Below, one piece after another: positions 56,992-64,000 of a stretch of 64,000 nt of DNA. Location: positions 124,001 to 188,000 of the IMG/VR virus record IMGVR_UViG_3300005253_001115, one strand, 5' to 3'. The first letter of the stretch is position 1; every line of letters starts with the position of its first letter. Position numbers and translations under genes: made by a program. The notes below the pieces were generated by a model. The model was not told the origin of the DNA. It made no database searches and saw nothing but the letters and a program-made list of their open reading frames with translations.

Positions 56992-57814
56992 TGGCTAGTT
57001 CCATATCCAGGGAGTTGGTATATCCCATATCGAACGCTTCGCGAGCTTGCTCAGGTGTCCAATTCAATAGCTCAACAGGTACTGCCGTGCGCGGGCGTAT
57101 TAGGTTAACCTTGATCTTCTTGAACCCGGGTACGTGATTTCTAGCGGCGCATAGTTTCAAGTCCTTAATAGCAGAACTTGCCAAAGTTCCATCAGTCAAT
57201 GAGTTAATGACATCGAACAGGTCATCCGGGTTGCACTTGTAGGTGGTCTTCTGCGACAGGAGTATCAAGGTGATCTCGTCGCAGCCTGCGGAGATGGCGG
57301 GTGCAAGCAGCGCGTTATCAATAGCGCCGCCGTCTACACAGACCAAATCGTCGTTGAACTTTACCGGGGGAAACAGCACAGGAATAGCGCCAGAAGCAAC
57401 AACGTATCGGTAGATGTCAGGATCTTTTCGCGAGAGTTCAAATACCTTTCTCCTTTGTGTGAGGATGTTAGTAGCCACGGCATAAGACTTGAACGAAAAA
57501 TCCAAGGTGTGCCGTGGAAACAGTTTTTGCAAGGTGGGGAGCATAGGAGTGTTGTCTACCAAGTTGCGCGCTTGGATGATGCGCTTCAACTTGGTGATCT
57601 TCTTCGGCTGCTTGAAGAAGTCATCTGGACCTATCTTGTCGGCCAGGTCCCAGGCTCGCTGAGGGTTGCCTTGCATCCATAGAAGGGTGGCTACAGCGCC
57701 TGTGGATGTTCCGTACACATAGTCAAACGCATGCCCTTCTTTCTTGAGGCCAGCCATAGCTCCTGCGCAGTACCACATTTTTGCACCCCCGCCAGACATT
57801 ACCAAGGCTTTCAT
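56909..57814 (-). CDS. Patatin-like phospholipase
   Basis: LVMSGGGAK, GTSTG (nucleophile elbow), ASGAIP..FPPV, VDGG. Confidence 0.9.
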   Translation of the reverse strand: MKALVMSGGGAKMWYCAGAMAGLKKEGHAFDYVYGTSTGAVATLLWMQGNPQRAWDLADKIGPDDFFKQPKKITKLKRIIQARNLVDNTPMLPTLQKLFPRHTLDFSFKSYAVATNILTQRRKVFELSRKDPDIYRYVVASGAIPVLFPPVKFNDDLVCVDGGAIDNALLAPAISAGCDEITLILLSQKTTYKCNPDDLFDVINSLTDGTLASSAIKDLKLCAARNHVPGFKKIKVNLIRPRTAVPVELLNWTPEQAREAFDMGYTNSLDMELAIDSTKIDSYPSQEGAELQLLEGDCASD

Positions 57815-57884
57815 GAGGCAAACTCCTCAGCAGTCTTTGTGCAAACTCTCGTTTCCATAGTCTTCCCCTACCGAAGAGATAAGG

Positions 57885-59375
57885 TCACTCAGATTTTCTG
57901 GTTCGCCTTCCCCAAGTGAGTCTCTTAGTCTTCTTGGGGCGGAAGGCCGCGTTTTTGATGTCGAACCCCTGCTCAAGGTAGACAGCGTTTCTCTTGGTCA
58001 TAGTGCCTATGATAGCACCACGAACCTCGTTCTCCACGTCGTCAACGAAGTCCTTGATGATTGGCTCAGGCTTGCCGTCGTAGTGAGTTCTGATTCGGGA
58101 AAACTCTTGATAAAAGTTGTAAGGGTTGGATGTAGGTAGGACATTGTAGAAGGTGTCCCACAAAGGAACGTCAATTCCGAGTCGGGTAATGCGGCGCATG
58201 GCTACCACGACACGAACCTCTCCCTTGCGAGCACGGTCCCATAGCTTGTCTCGTTCGGTAGTAGCACCGACTACGTGGATGGCGGTGATGCCACGAGCGT
58301 TGATGGCGTCGCTAAGTGCCTTAGCGTGCTTAACGCGCTCGGTCGTAATGAGAATGTAGCGCCCTGCTTCCGCATCTCGTACAGCCTCATCTACAATCAG
58401 TTCGTTACGCTCTTTGCTCTTTACCATGCCAGCTAGCATACTTGGCCATGCGGAAAATTTCTCGACTGTGTAGTCCGTGTGGACGTACTCAACCGAGCAC
58501 TTCATCTGTTTGCTGTTCCCCTCCACCACCACAGGACCCAGGATGTTCTCAATGATTACGTGCAGCTCATTTAGCTTGTAGGGTGTAGCCGAGTTTCCAC
58601 AGCGGTACTTTGCATTGAATGAGCCTACAACCTTTGCGTAACAGGCTGCCTGAGACAGGTGGCTCTCGTCAACGAACACTACGCCGAAGGAGTCCCGGTA
58701 CTTTTTGAGGTAGTGTCGTTTCGACGGGTGCCACCACGACTGCCAGGACGACAGTACGACATCTAGACCCTCGATGTTGTCGAACCCAATCTTATCGAGG
58801 CGACCGACGAGTTTTCGCCCCGCCATCTTCTCCACGTCCTCTACGTCCGTGTGTTCGCGGATAGTTTTCTCGAACTGATCCAAAATATCCCAAATATGGG
58901 AGAGAATCAAAGTCTTTTTCCCAAGGGAACACATGATGTCGGAAACCGTGATGGTCTTTCCAAATCGAGCGGGTGCTTTGATTTGTCCGTAGCCATACTT
59001 CAGCCACGTAGCGGCAACCTCTTGCTGGTTGCGGCCTTGCTCGTCGGTCTCTGGCGTATAGAGCGCGGTCCTCATCGTCAGGGGGTGCTCCATAGGAGGA
59101 GCTACACGTCGGTCCTTGATCTTGAAGCCAGCCTTGCGGCCGAAAAACTTCTTGATCTTGCCTATGTCTCCACGGGCAAAAGAAACCACACGCCCACCGT
59201 TATGCTCACGCCAGAGCTGGATTTCAATTTTGTCTTCTGGATCTTCTGGGTCGGGATCGGGGACGAGATAAGTCCATGCTTGATACATCTCGTCAGTAAC
59301 GAACTCGACAGGAACGTACACTCGTTCTCTAAGGACGGCCTTAGGCTTCTTGGTCGTCTCCTGTCTTGTCGTCAT
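57885..59375 (-). CDS. Superfamily 2 DNA helicase (UvsW-like)
   Basis: APARFGKT, VDESH, SATP, RNELI, GIDVP, QEFSRIR, DFVD. Confidence 0.85.
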   Translation of the reverse strand: MTTRQETTKKPKAVLRERVYVPVEFVTDEMYQAWTYLVPDPDPEDPEDKIEIQLWREHNGGRVVSFARGDIGKIKKFFGRKAGFKIKDRRVAPPMEHPLTMRTALYTPETDEQGRNQQEVAATWLKYGYGQIKAPARFGKTITVSDIMCSLGKKTLILSHIWDILDQFEKTIREHTDVEDVEKMAGRKLVGRLDKIGFDNIEGLDVVLSSWQSWWHPSKRHYLKKYRDSFGVVFVDESHLSQAACYAKVVGSFNAKYRCGNSATPYKLNELHVIIENILGPVVVEGNSKQMKCSVEYVHTDYTVEKFSAWPSMLAGMVKSKERNELIVDEAVRDAEAGRYILITTERVKHAKALSDAINARGITAIHVVGATTERDKLWDRARKGEVRVVVAMRRITRLGIDVPLWDTFYNVLPTSNPYNFYQEFSRIRTHYDGKPEPIIKDFVDDVENEVRGAIIGTMTKRNAVYLEQGFDIKNAAFRPKKTKRLTWGRRTRKSE

Positions 59376-59491
59376 CTTTTCGTACCTCACCACTTACGAC
59401 ATCACCAGTGACTACCTGTCCGACTATCGGCTTAGCTCGGTGCGTCTCCGCAACATGCTCGCCCATCGTGACCTTCTCTTCGTTTTCGTTC

Positions 59492-59890
59492 TCATTCGAA
59501 TTCGTCGTCATCGAAATCATCCCCATCGTCATCGAAATCGTCAGATTCCGAGAAGATGTCTTCGCTCGCGTCCTCCTCCGTGACTACGGGCTCTGTTGCT
59601 GCTACCGGCGTAGGCTCTACTGTGCCCTCTACGGTCACATCACCTTCCACTGTTAGTTCTTGCTTGGGCTTGGCCTCCTTGGCTTTCCTGGGCTTACGAT
59701 CGGGCTTGATGTCCTCGTAGACGATTCCTTCAAGCTTCTCTCGGGGGATAAACTCCAGGCGTGTGCCCTTTCTGTATGTGTGCCGAACAGCGACTCCTTC
59801 GGGGGTCTCCGAGACGATCTCAACGTCTTCATCGAGGCAAACAACCTTCGTTTCTCGGTAGAACACCAGAATTTTACCAGTATCAGCCAT
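59492..59890 (-). CDS. Hypothetical protein with acidic C-terminus
   Basis: Small beta domain followed by a D/E-rich tail (DDFDDDGDDFDDDEFE). Confidence 0.55.
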   Translation of the reverse strand: MADTGKILVFYRETKVVCLDEDVEIVSETPEGVAVRHTYRKGTRLEFIPREKLEGIVYEDIKPDRKPRKAKEAKPKQELTVEGDVTVEGTVEPTPVAATEPVVTEEDASEDIFSESDDFDDDGDDFDDDEFE

Positions 59891-60156
59891 TACACCTTCC
59901 TCACTTTTACGCTCCCGAGCTTGGACTCGTCACTCGGCCCATTCTTCAGTGTCTCTAGCATCTCCTTTAGGGTAGCGATACCAGATTCAACCTGCGTTAC
60001 CCCACAATCGGGGCAAAAATTGTCTACTTTGGGGTGGGGGCTGTGTCTTACGTAGCTCGTCACCTTCAGCAGCACATCGGGCTTCCTGACCTTCTCCTTG
60101 CACTTTCGGCACGCATTTCCGCGAGGACCGGCAGTAATGATCTTGGCATTAATCAC
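59890..60156 (-). CDS. Hypothetical zinc-finger protein
   Basis: CRKC...CPDC; RBS GAGGAG before GTG. Confidence 0.55.
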   Translation of the reverse strand: MINAKIITAGPRGNACRKCKEKVRKPDVLLKVTSYVRHSPHPKVDNFCPDCGVTQVESGIATLKEMLETLKNGPSDESKLGSVKVRKV

Positions 60157-60274
60157 TGTCTGGCTCCTCTAGAGATAATACAGCGGGGTTACGATCCGGC
60201 CCCCCTTGGGGACGCAGCCCCTCTTCGGGGTCTTCGTGGCTGCGGGCCGGTTGTCCGCAAAACGGGCATTTCAT
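60149..60274 (-). CDS. Small hypothetical protein (41 aa)
   Basis: Hand translation MKCPFCGQPARSHED...EEPDSD; ATGA-coupled to the DHH gene and fills the gap exactly. Confidence 0.35.
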   Translation of the reverse strand: MKCPFCGQPARSHEDPEEGLRPQGGPDRNPAVLSLEEPDSD

Positions 60275-61212
60275 TTAGTCTTCTTTCCAGCTCCCGGAGA
60301 CGGAAGCTCCTCAATCTCGTGATCTAGGGTGAAGCCAGAGGCTTTAACGTGACCACCACCCCCGAAGCTCTTGGCGAGCTTGCTAACGTCAAAATCGCTA
60401 TCGGCTGCGACCCGGCCGCTGTACTGGTACTTTCCGTCGTTACGCTTGAAGTAGGCCAACACGAATGGGTGACCCTCGGCAATGCCGTTCAGCAAAGAGG
60501 AGATTCCCCAGTGAGAGGTATTTACCACCGGAATGTCGAAATGAATCGACCCGTCAGGTGCCTGAAACGTGATCTGGCGCATCGAGGCCAGCACTGTCTC
60601 GCTGTTGTACTGCTCGATGTAGGCAGTGATAGCCTCACCCTTGTCCCGACACTCGCCGAAGGTAATGTCCCTATCGTAGAGTTTGTCGTAGGTCTCGAAG
60701 CTAATGGGTAGAGTATCAATGAACGCTAGAACATCTGTGGCGTTAGGCCACTTCCATGTCCAGATGTCTCGGGTCTCGATGTAATCGACATGCCAGGGGC
60801 GCTCGACCCCTGGGAAGAAATAGTCCCAGCTCATCCCAGCTCCGCTGCGATCCATGTCGAACTCGCAGAAGTCCAACCCGTGGCACTGGGCCTCGGCAGA
60901 CTTGTGGTGATCGATCACCTTGAGATCAGTCATCCCCGCTATCTTGACGAGATCCTGACGAGGGAAGCAGAAGTCTAGGCTGAAGGTCTGGTCAGCCTTG
61001 GTGATTCGCTTGTACGGCGGCGGCTTGTTGTGTACAGCAGGGTAGTATTCTATCTCCACGTCCTCCATGCCCCGGAAGTACAAATCGGCGCACCACGCGG
61101 CACATACACCGTCCGCGCAACGCCCGTGGTAGATTACCAGAACTTTTTTAGTGCGGTGTGTCATCGATCCCTCCTTGAGATTGGCTGCTTCTTCAAGTTC
61201 AAAATTTGTCAT
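60271..61212 (-). CDS. DHH/DHHA1 phosphoesterase (NrnA-like)
   Basis: YH..CADG..AA, LDF, IDHH, RSGA, D.W.W, AKSFGGGGH..ASGF; alternative start at 61164 has a strong RBS. Confidence 0.9.
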   Translation of the reverse strand: MTNFELEEAANLKEGSMTHRTKKVLVIYHGRCADGVCAAWCADLYFRGMEDVEIEYYPAVHNKPPPYKRITKADQTFSLDFCFPRQDLVKIAGMTDLKVIDHHKSAEAQCHGLDFCEFDMDRSGAGMSWDYFFPGVERPWHVDYIETRDIWTWKWPNATDVLAFIDTLPISFETYDKLYDRDITFGECRDKGEAITAYIEQYNSETVLASMRQITFQAPDGSIHFDIPVVNTSHWGISSLLNGIAEGHPFVLAYFKRNDGKYQYSGRVAADSDFDVSKLAKSFGGGGHVKASGFTLDHEIEELPSPGAGKKTK

Positions 61213-61222
61213 AATTCTCGAC

Positions 61223-61612
61223 CTATCTGTCATCACCATCACCCTTTAGCACATTCCTGGCTTGGCGGTCCATAAGCTGGTCGTAGTTATAGTTCAGAAC
61301 ATCCTCGATGCGAAGGTCAAACTCTTCAGCAGTCGCGTTCAGGTACCATGCTACCCCGCCCAGTTCACCAAGAACCTTCCGTCTAATCTCGTCGTCCACT
61401 ATTCCCCCGTTATCTCGGAGAATTTTCTTGACCTTGTTGGCCACTTCTCCTGCCTCTCCGGCCAGTCCTGTAGCAGCATAGAAGATCTTGAGCATCTTCG
61501 CAATGTCTTCTCTAGAAGACGAATCCAAGAGAGCCTCTACACCATCTCTGTAGATTGCTGCCCCATGAACCATTTCTGCGTATTCTCGCAGCTTTACGTC
61601 TCCATTACGCAT
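61223..61612 (-). CDS. MazG-like nucleotide pyrophosphohydrolase
   Basis: GLAGEAGEVANKVKKILRD...GELGGVAWY...L.DR..R..L.GDGD.R. Confidence 0.85.
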   Translation of the reverse strand: MRNGDVKLREYAEMVHGAAIYRDGVEALLDSSSREDIAKMLKIFYAATGLAGEAGEVANKVKKILRDNGGIVDDEIRRKVLGELGGVAWYLNATAEEFDLRIEDVLNYNYDQLMDRQARNVLKGDGDDR

Positions 61613-61901
61613 CAAACTTCTCTACTCTCATAATGTCAAGATCTTCTTCCAAGATCCACAAGCATTCCCATTCGGGGCGTGGTCGGTCCACCACTTCAAA
61701 GTAGGCGTCAATATCTTCGGGGTCAGCAGGCATCCATATTGGCATGCCTTTTGTCCACCCAATGTGACGCCACACGAACTCGTGACCTACCATCTGCTGG
61801 GTGCCTGCATTCAGCCCAGAGTGGTCTCTGGGCCGGAATATGGCGCGCACGTCCCTGTTCTCGTACAATGGGTGCGGCCTGCAACCCTCCTCAGTCGCCA
61901 T
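61605..61901 (-). CDS. Hypothetical protein
   Basis: 98 aa ORF overlapping its neighbours. Confidence 0.45.
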   Translation of the reverse strand: MATEEGCRPHPLYENRDVRAIFRPRDHSGLNAGTQQMVGHEFVWRHIGWTKGMPIWMPADPEDIDAYFEVVDRPRPEWECLWILEEDLDIMRVEKFDA

Positions 61902-62043
61902 CTTCGACCACTGGCTCAGAGGTGGTGCGGATCTGCATGGCCTGATTGAAGGCTCTCACTGTGTGAGTGTGGGTCTTCTGTTCTTCGACCGCAGCTTCCA
62001 GGGCTTCAACTCGTTCTTCTAGCGTAGGGGTTTCATTTTCCAT
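61891..62043 (-). CDS. Small hypothetical protein (50 aa)
   Basis: Hand translation MENETPTLEERVEALEAAVEEQKTHTH...; AAGGGG RBS; fills the gap. Confidence 0.45.
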   Translation of the reverse strand: MENETPTLEERVEALEAAVEEQKTHTHTVRAFNQAMQIRTTSEPVVEDGD

Positions 62044-62057
62044 GCCCCTTCTTTAGC

Positions 62058-62357
62058 CTAAGGACTATCTTCGTCCCTTACCAACTGGATGACGGGTGCG
62101 TCTGGATGGCTGCCCTTCCTCAGAGGGGTTTTCATGACCGTTACAATGTAACCCTCCTGTAGTCCTCGGAGCTTGTCCCACAGCCGTCCAAATACGCCGG
62201 ACCGTGCCAGCACCACAACGTGAGAAGCACAGAAATCTTCGAACTCTTCCTGGGTAAGTTTGAGGTGTCCCTCGTCCCCCAGGAACGCGATTAGTGCCTC
62301 CTTGACCTGATTAGCCAGTCTGTCCAGGTCTTCGCCTGTGTAGGTGTAAACGTTCAT
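62058..62357 (-). CDS. Hypothetical protein
   Basis: 99 aa, ATGA-coupled to the ligase. Confidence 0.5.
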   Translation of the reverse strand: MNVYTYTGEDLDRLANQVKEALIAFLGDEGHLKLTQEEFEDFCASHVVVLARSGVFGRLWDKLRGLQEGYIVTVMKTPLRKGSHPDAPVIQLVRDEDSP

Positions 62358-63739
62358 ACAGTCTCCTTGGGAAGGTCGTCTCGTAGCCGCATGAAGACCG
62401 GGTTCCGGGCAGCGTCACCGAGAGCGTGAGCATCCTTCTGTTGTGTCATTTCGATGATCATGCCGACAAGTTCATCTCGCCGAGTCCAGTGGTCCGCTCG
62501 GTTCGCGTCACCCCGGACGTTACAGCGGGTCTCGGCACCGTTCGCCAGCCGAACCCGGTACCGACCGGCCCAATGCTCGTTACGCTTGCCCGCAGTTCCG
62601 GGCATCACTTCTAGGAGGATGCCGTCAATGAACTCCTCTTCCTTACGCTTGAGCATGATGGGCGACCGGGACGGAAGATAAGGTGAGTTGAGATCCTTAA
62701 TCATCGAGCCTTCGTGCTTCTCGCTCATGTACTGCTGGTGCGCGTCGGTAAGCTCCTCGTGGTTGTTGCAGATGACCTGGGGCATCAAGTTCGTAGAAGC
62801 GTCCTCCTCACCTAGCGAGGCCACCAGCTTAACGAGATTCGCCCGCCGCTCATGGTGCGGCGTCCTGTCCATAGCGATCGTCGGATCGTACACGTCGAGA
62901 CTGATGCGGTCGAAAGCCCAAAACTTCAACTCACTCTGAAGCTCAAGCCACATGTCGGGAGTAACCCGCTCCGGGCGGAAAATACCCTGGTAGGTGCCCG
63001 TCTTCAGCATGGCTGAAGTCTTTCCCCACGGCGACCTGTACTTCTTGCCACCGTAGGTGGAAAGAGGACCATTGGGTTCCCAATCAGCGTAGATTTCTCC
63101 ATCGACTGCGCCGTTGACGACTATCGGGGCCAACTCGTCAATGATGTGCTTGAGGACTTCGTTGTACTCCTTGCCGGAGCGGGTCTTCGCGACCCCTTTG
63201 CCGTCCGTGAAGACCATGGTAATGCGAAGCCCGTCATACTTGGGCTCGCAAGCTACCGGGAACTGAATCCCCATGTGGTGATCCTTGAACTTTTCTGCGA
63301 GGGAGACAGCGAAACTGGACGCTAGGTCAGGCCAGATCTCGCCGAAAGTGTTGACGTTCGCGCCAATCTGAAGGTTCCGGTTGAGGACGCGGCCGTACCA
63401 CTGAGCCCGATTGGGGTCGATGGCTCGCATGAAGCGGGTAATGGTGTCAATCGCTTCCTGCCCGGTGATGTTCCGAGCGGCAAGCTCATCGAGTATGGCG
63501 AGGAAAACGTCCCATTCCTCTTCCATCGAATACGAGTCGCCGAAGATGGCTTTTGCCTTGGGAAGGTCGAGCTGCTTCCATGTGATCCCATAGGTGGTCT
63601 TCCAGTCATAAGCCCGCCGAAACAACTCCTTCAAGATGGGGTTATTTGCGGCAGACCGCAGAAGATCCTTCTTCTCAGTCCGCTTGGAGGTGGCTTCGAC
63701 ATTCTCCAGGCACTTGATAGCGCGCTCTAGGTTCTGCAT
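62354..63739 (-). CDS. ATP-dependent DNA ligase
   Basis: Motif I EPKYDGLR, VDGEIY, FWAFD, HEGSMIKD..SPY..R...LKRK, C-terminal RNPVFMRLRDD. Confidence 0.92.
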   Translation of the reverse strand: MQNLERAIKCLENVEATSKRTEKKDLLRSAANNPILKELFRRAYDWKTTYGITWKQLDLPKAKAIFGDSYSMEEEWDVFLAILDELAARNITGQEAIDTITRFMRAIDPNRAQWYGRVLNRNLQIGANVNTFGEIWPDLASSFAVSLAEKFKDHHMGIQFPVACEPKYDGLRITMVFTDGKGVAKTRSGKEYNEVLKHIIDELAPIVVNGAVDGEIYADWEPNGPLSTYGGKKYRSPWGKTSAMLKTGTYQGIFRPERVTPDMWLELQSELKFWAFDRISLDVYDPTIAMDRTPHHERRANLVKLVASLGEEDASTNLMPQVICNNHEELTDAHQQYMSEKHEGSMIKDLNSPYLPSRSPIMLKRKEEEFIDGILLEVMPGTAGKRNEHWAGRYRVRLANGAETRCNVRGDANRADHWTRRDELVGMIIEMTQQKDAHALGDAARNPVFMRLRDDLPKETV

Positions 63740-63770
63740 TCATCTCTCTTCGGCGGTTAGCAGAGGAACT

Positions 63771-64000
63771 TTAGATAAAAACCAGTGCTTCGCTAACATC
63801 CGTAATTTCGTATCCCCAGCGTTCGTATTCGATTCCTGCGTTTGCTAGGTTAATAAGCGCCTGGGGATCGGTACCTGTGGCGTCGCCTTCCCATCGCTTG
63901 CCGGTCTCCGGGTCGCACTCAAACTTGTTCAGAGTGGGCCACACCACTCTGGTGATACCTGCTTGGATGATAGCCTGCGTGCAATTCGTACATGGAGGAC
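63771..64000 (-). CDS. dCMP deaminase, C-terminal part (starts outside the window)
   Basis: Hand translation PPCTNCTQAIIQAGITRVVW...EALVFI*; PCxxC..IIQAGI is the dCMP deaminase/ComEB motif. Confidence 0.85.
   Translation of the reverse strand, partial: PPCTNCTQAIIQAGITRVVWPTLNKFECDPETGKRWEGDATGTDPQALINLANAGIEYERWGYEITDVSEALVFI

Noticed and set aside
56909-57814. Patatin as a CBASS/CapV defence effector
   Set aside because: No cyclase (CD-NTase) or other defence partner nearby.
59341-59532. Small ORF between the acidic protein and the SF2 helicase
   Set aside because: Two alternative short frames are possible and neither has supporting motifs, so no call was made.
60195-60235. GC-rich hairpins (CCCC-TT-GGGG, CCCC-TCTTC-GGGG) as a terminator
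   Set aside because: No U-tract on the coding strand, and the region lies inside a coupled 41-aa ORF.
228-63848. The many plus-strand ORFs and short nested minus-strand ORFs in the track
   Set aside because: They lie wholly within long motif-bearing minus-strand genes, have the S/P/R-rich composition of antisense shadows and show no motifs.
1-64000. Stop-codon reassignment (alternative genetic code)
   Set aside because: Genes are full length in the standard code, and TAA, TAG and TGA all occur as stops at tight gene junctions.
1-64000. tRNA, rRNA, CRISPR array or large ncRNA
   Set aside because: Intergenic gaps are at most about 75 nt (one roughly 115-nt gap near 59376-59491 probably holds a small ORF); I saw no cloverleaf or repeat-spacer pattern.

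Overview
This 64-kb window looks like part of a large myovirus-type (jumbo-like) phage genome. Every credible gene is on the minus strand, tightly packed, with frequent TAATG/ATGA stop-start overlaps. In transcription order (right to left) there are five blocks. (1) Nucleotide and repair genes: dCMP deaminase (partial), ATP-dependent DNA ligase, MazG-like protein, DHH/DHHA1 phosphoesterase, SF2 helicase, patatin, and PhoH with a class-3-type intein. (2) A contiguous 14.6-kb, 20-gene glycan-modification cluster: ADP-heptose 6-epimerase HldD, 4 GT9-like, 3 GT2-like and 2 CgeB-like glycosyltransferases, 8 SAM-methyltransferase-like genes and 2 sulfotransferases. It contains no recognisable membrane or export genes. 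(3) Replication genes: SLOG protein, degenerate DnaC-like protein, DnaB, cupin, 5'-3' exonuclease, UvrD with an intein, DEDDh exonuclease and a beta-clamp-like protein. (4) A contractile-tail baseplate/fibre module: a hub with apparently inactive M23 and lytic-transglycosylase domains, gp5-like spike, gp25, gpJ, wedge and paralogous fibres, with two free-standing homing endonucleases inserted. (5) A family-4 UDG-like domain running off the left edge, probably the N-terminus of a DNA polymerase. The best candidate for an undescribed system is the soluble heptose/methyl/sulfate glycan-building cluster, which may glycosylate the virion. All calls come from motif recognition by eye; no searches were run. 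Several start sites were moved from the ORF track to downstream coupled or RBS-supported starts.
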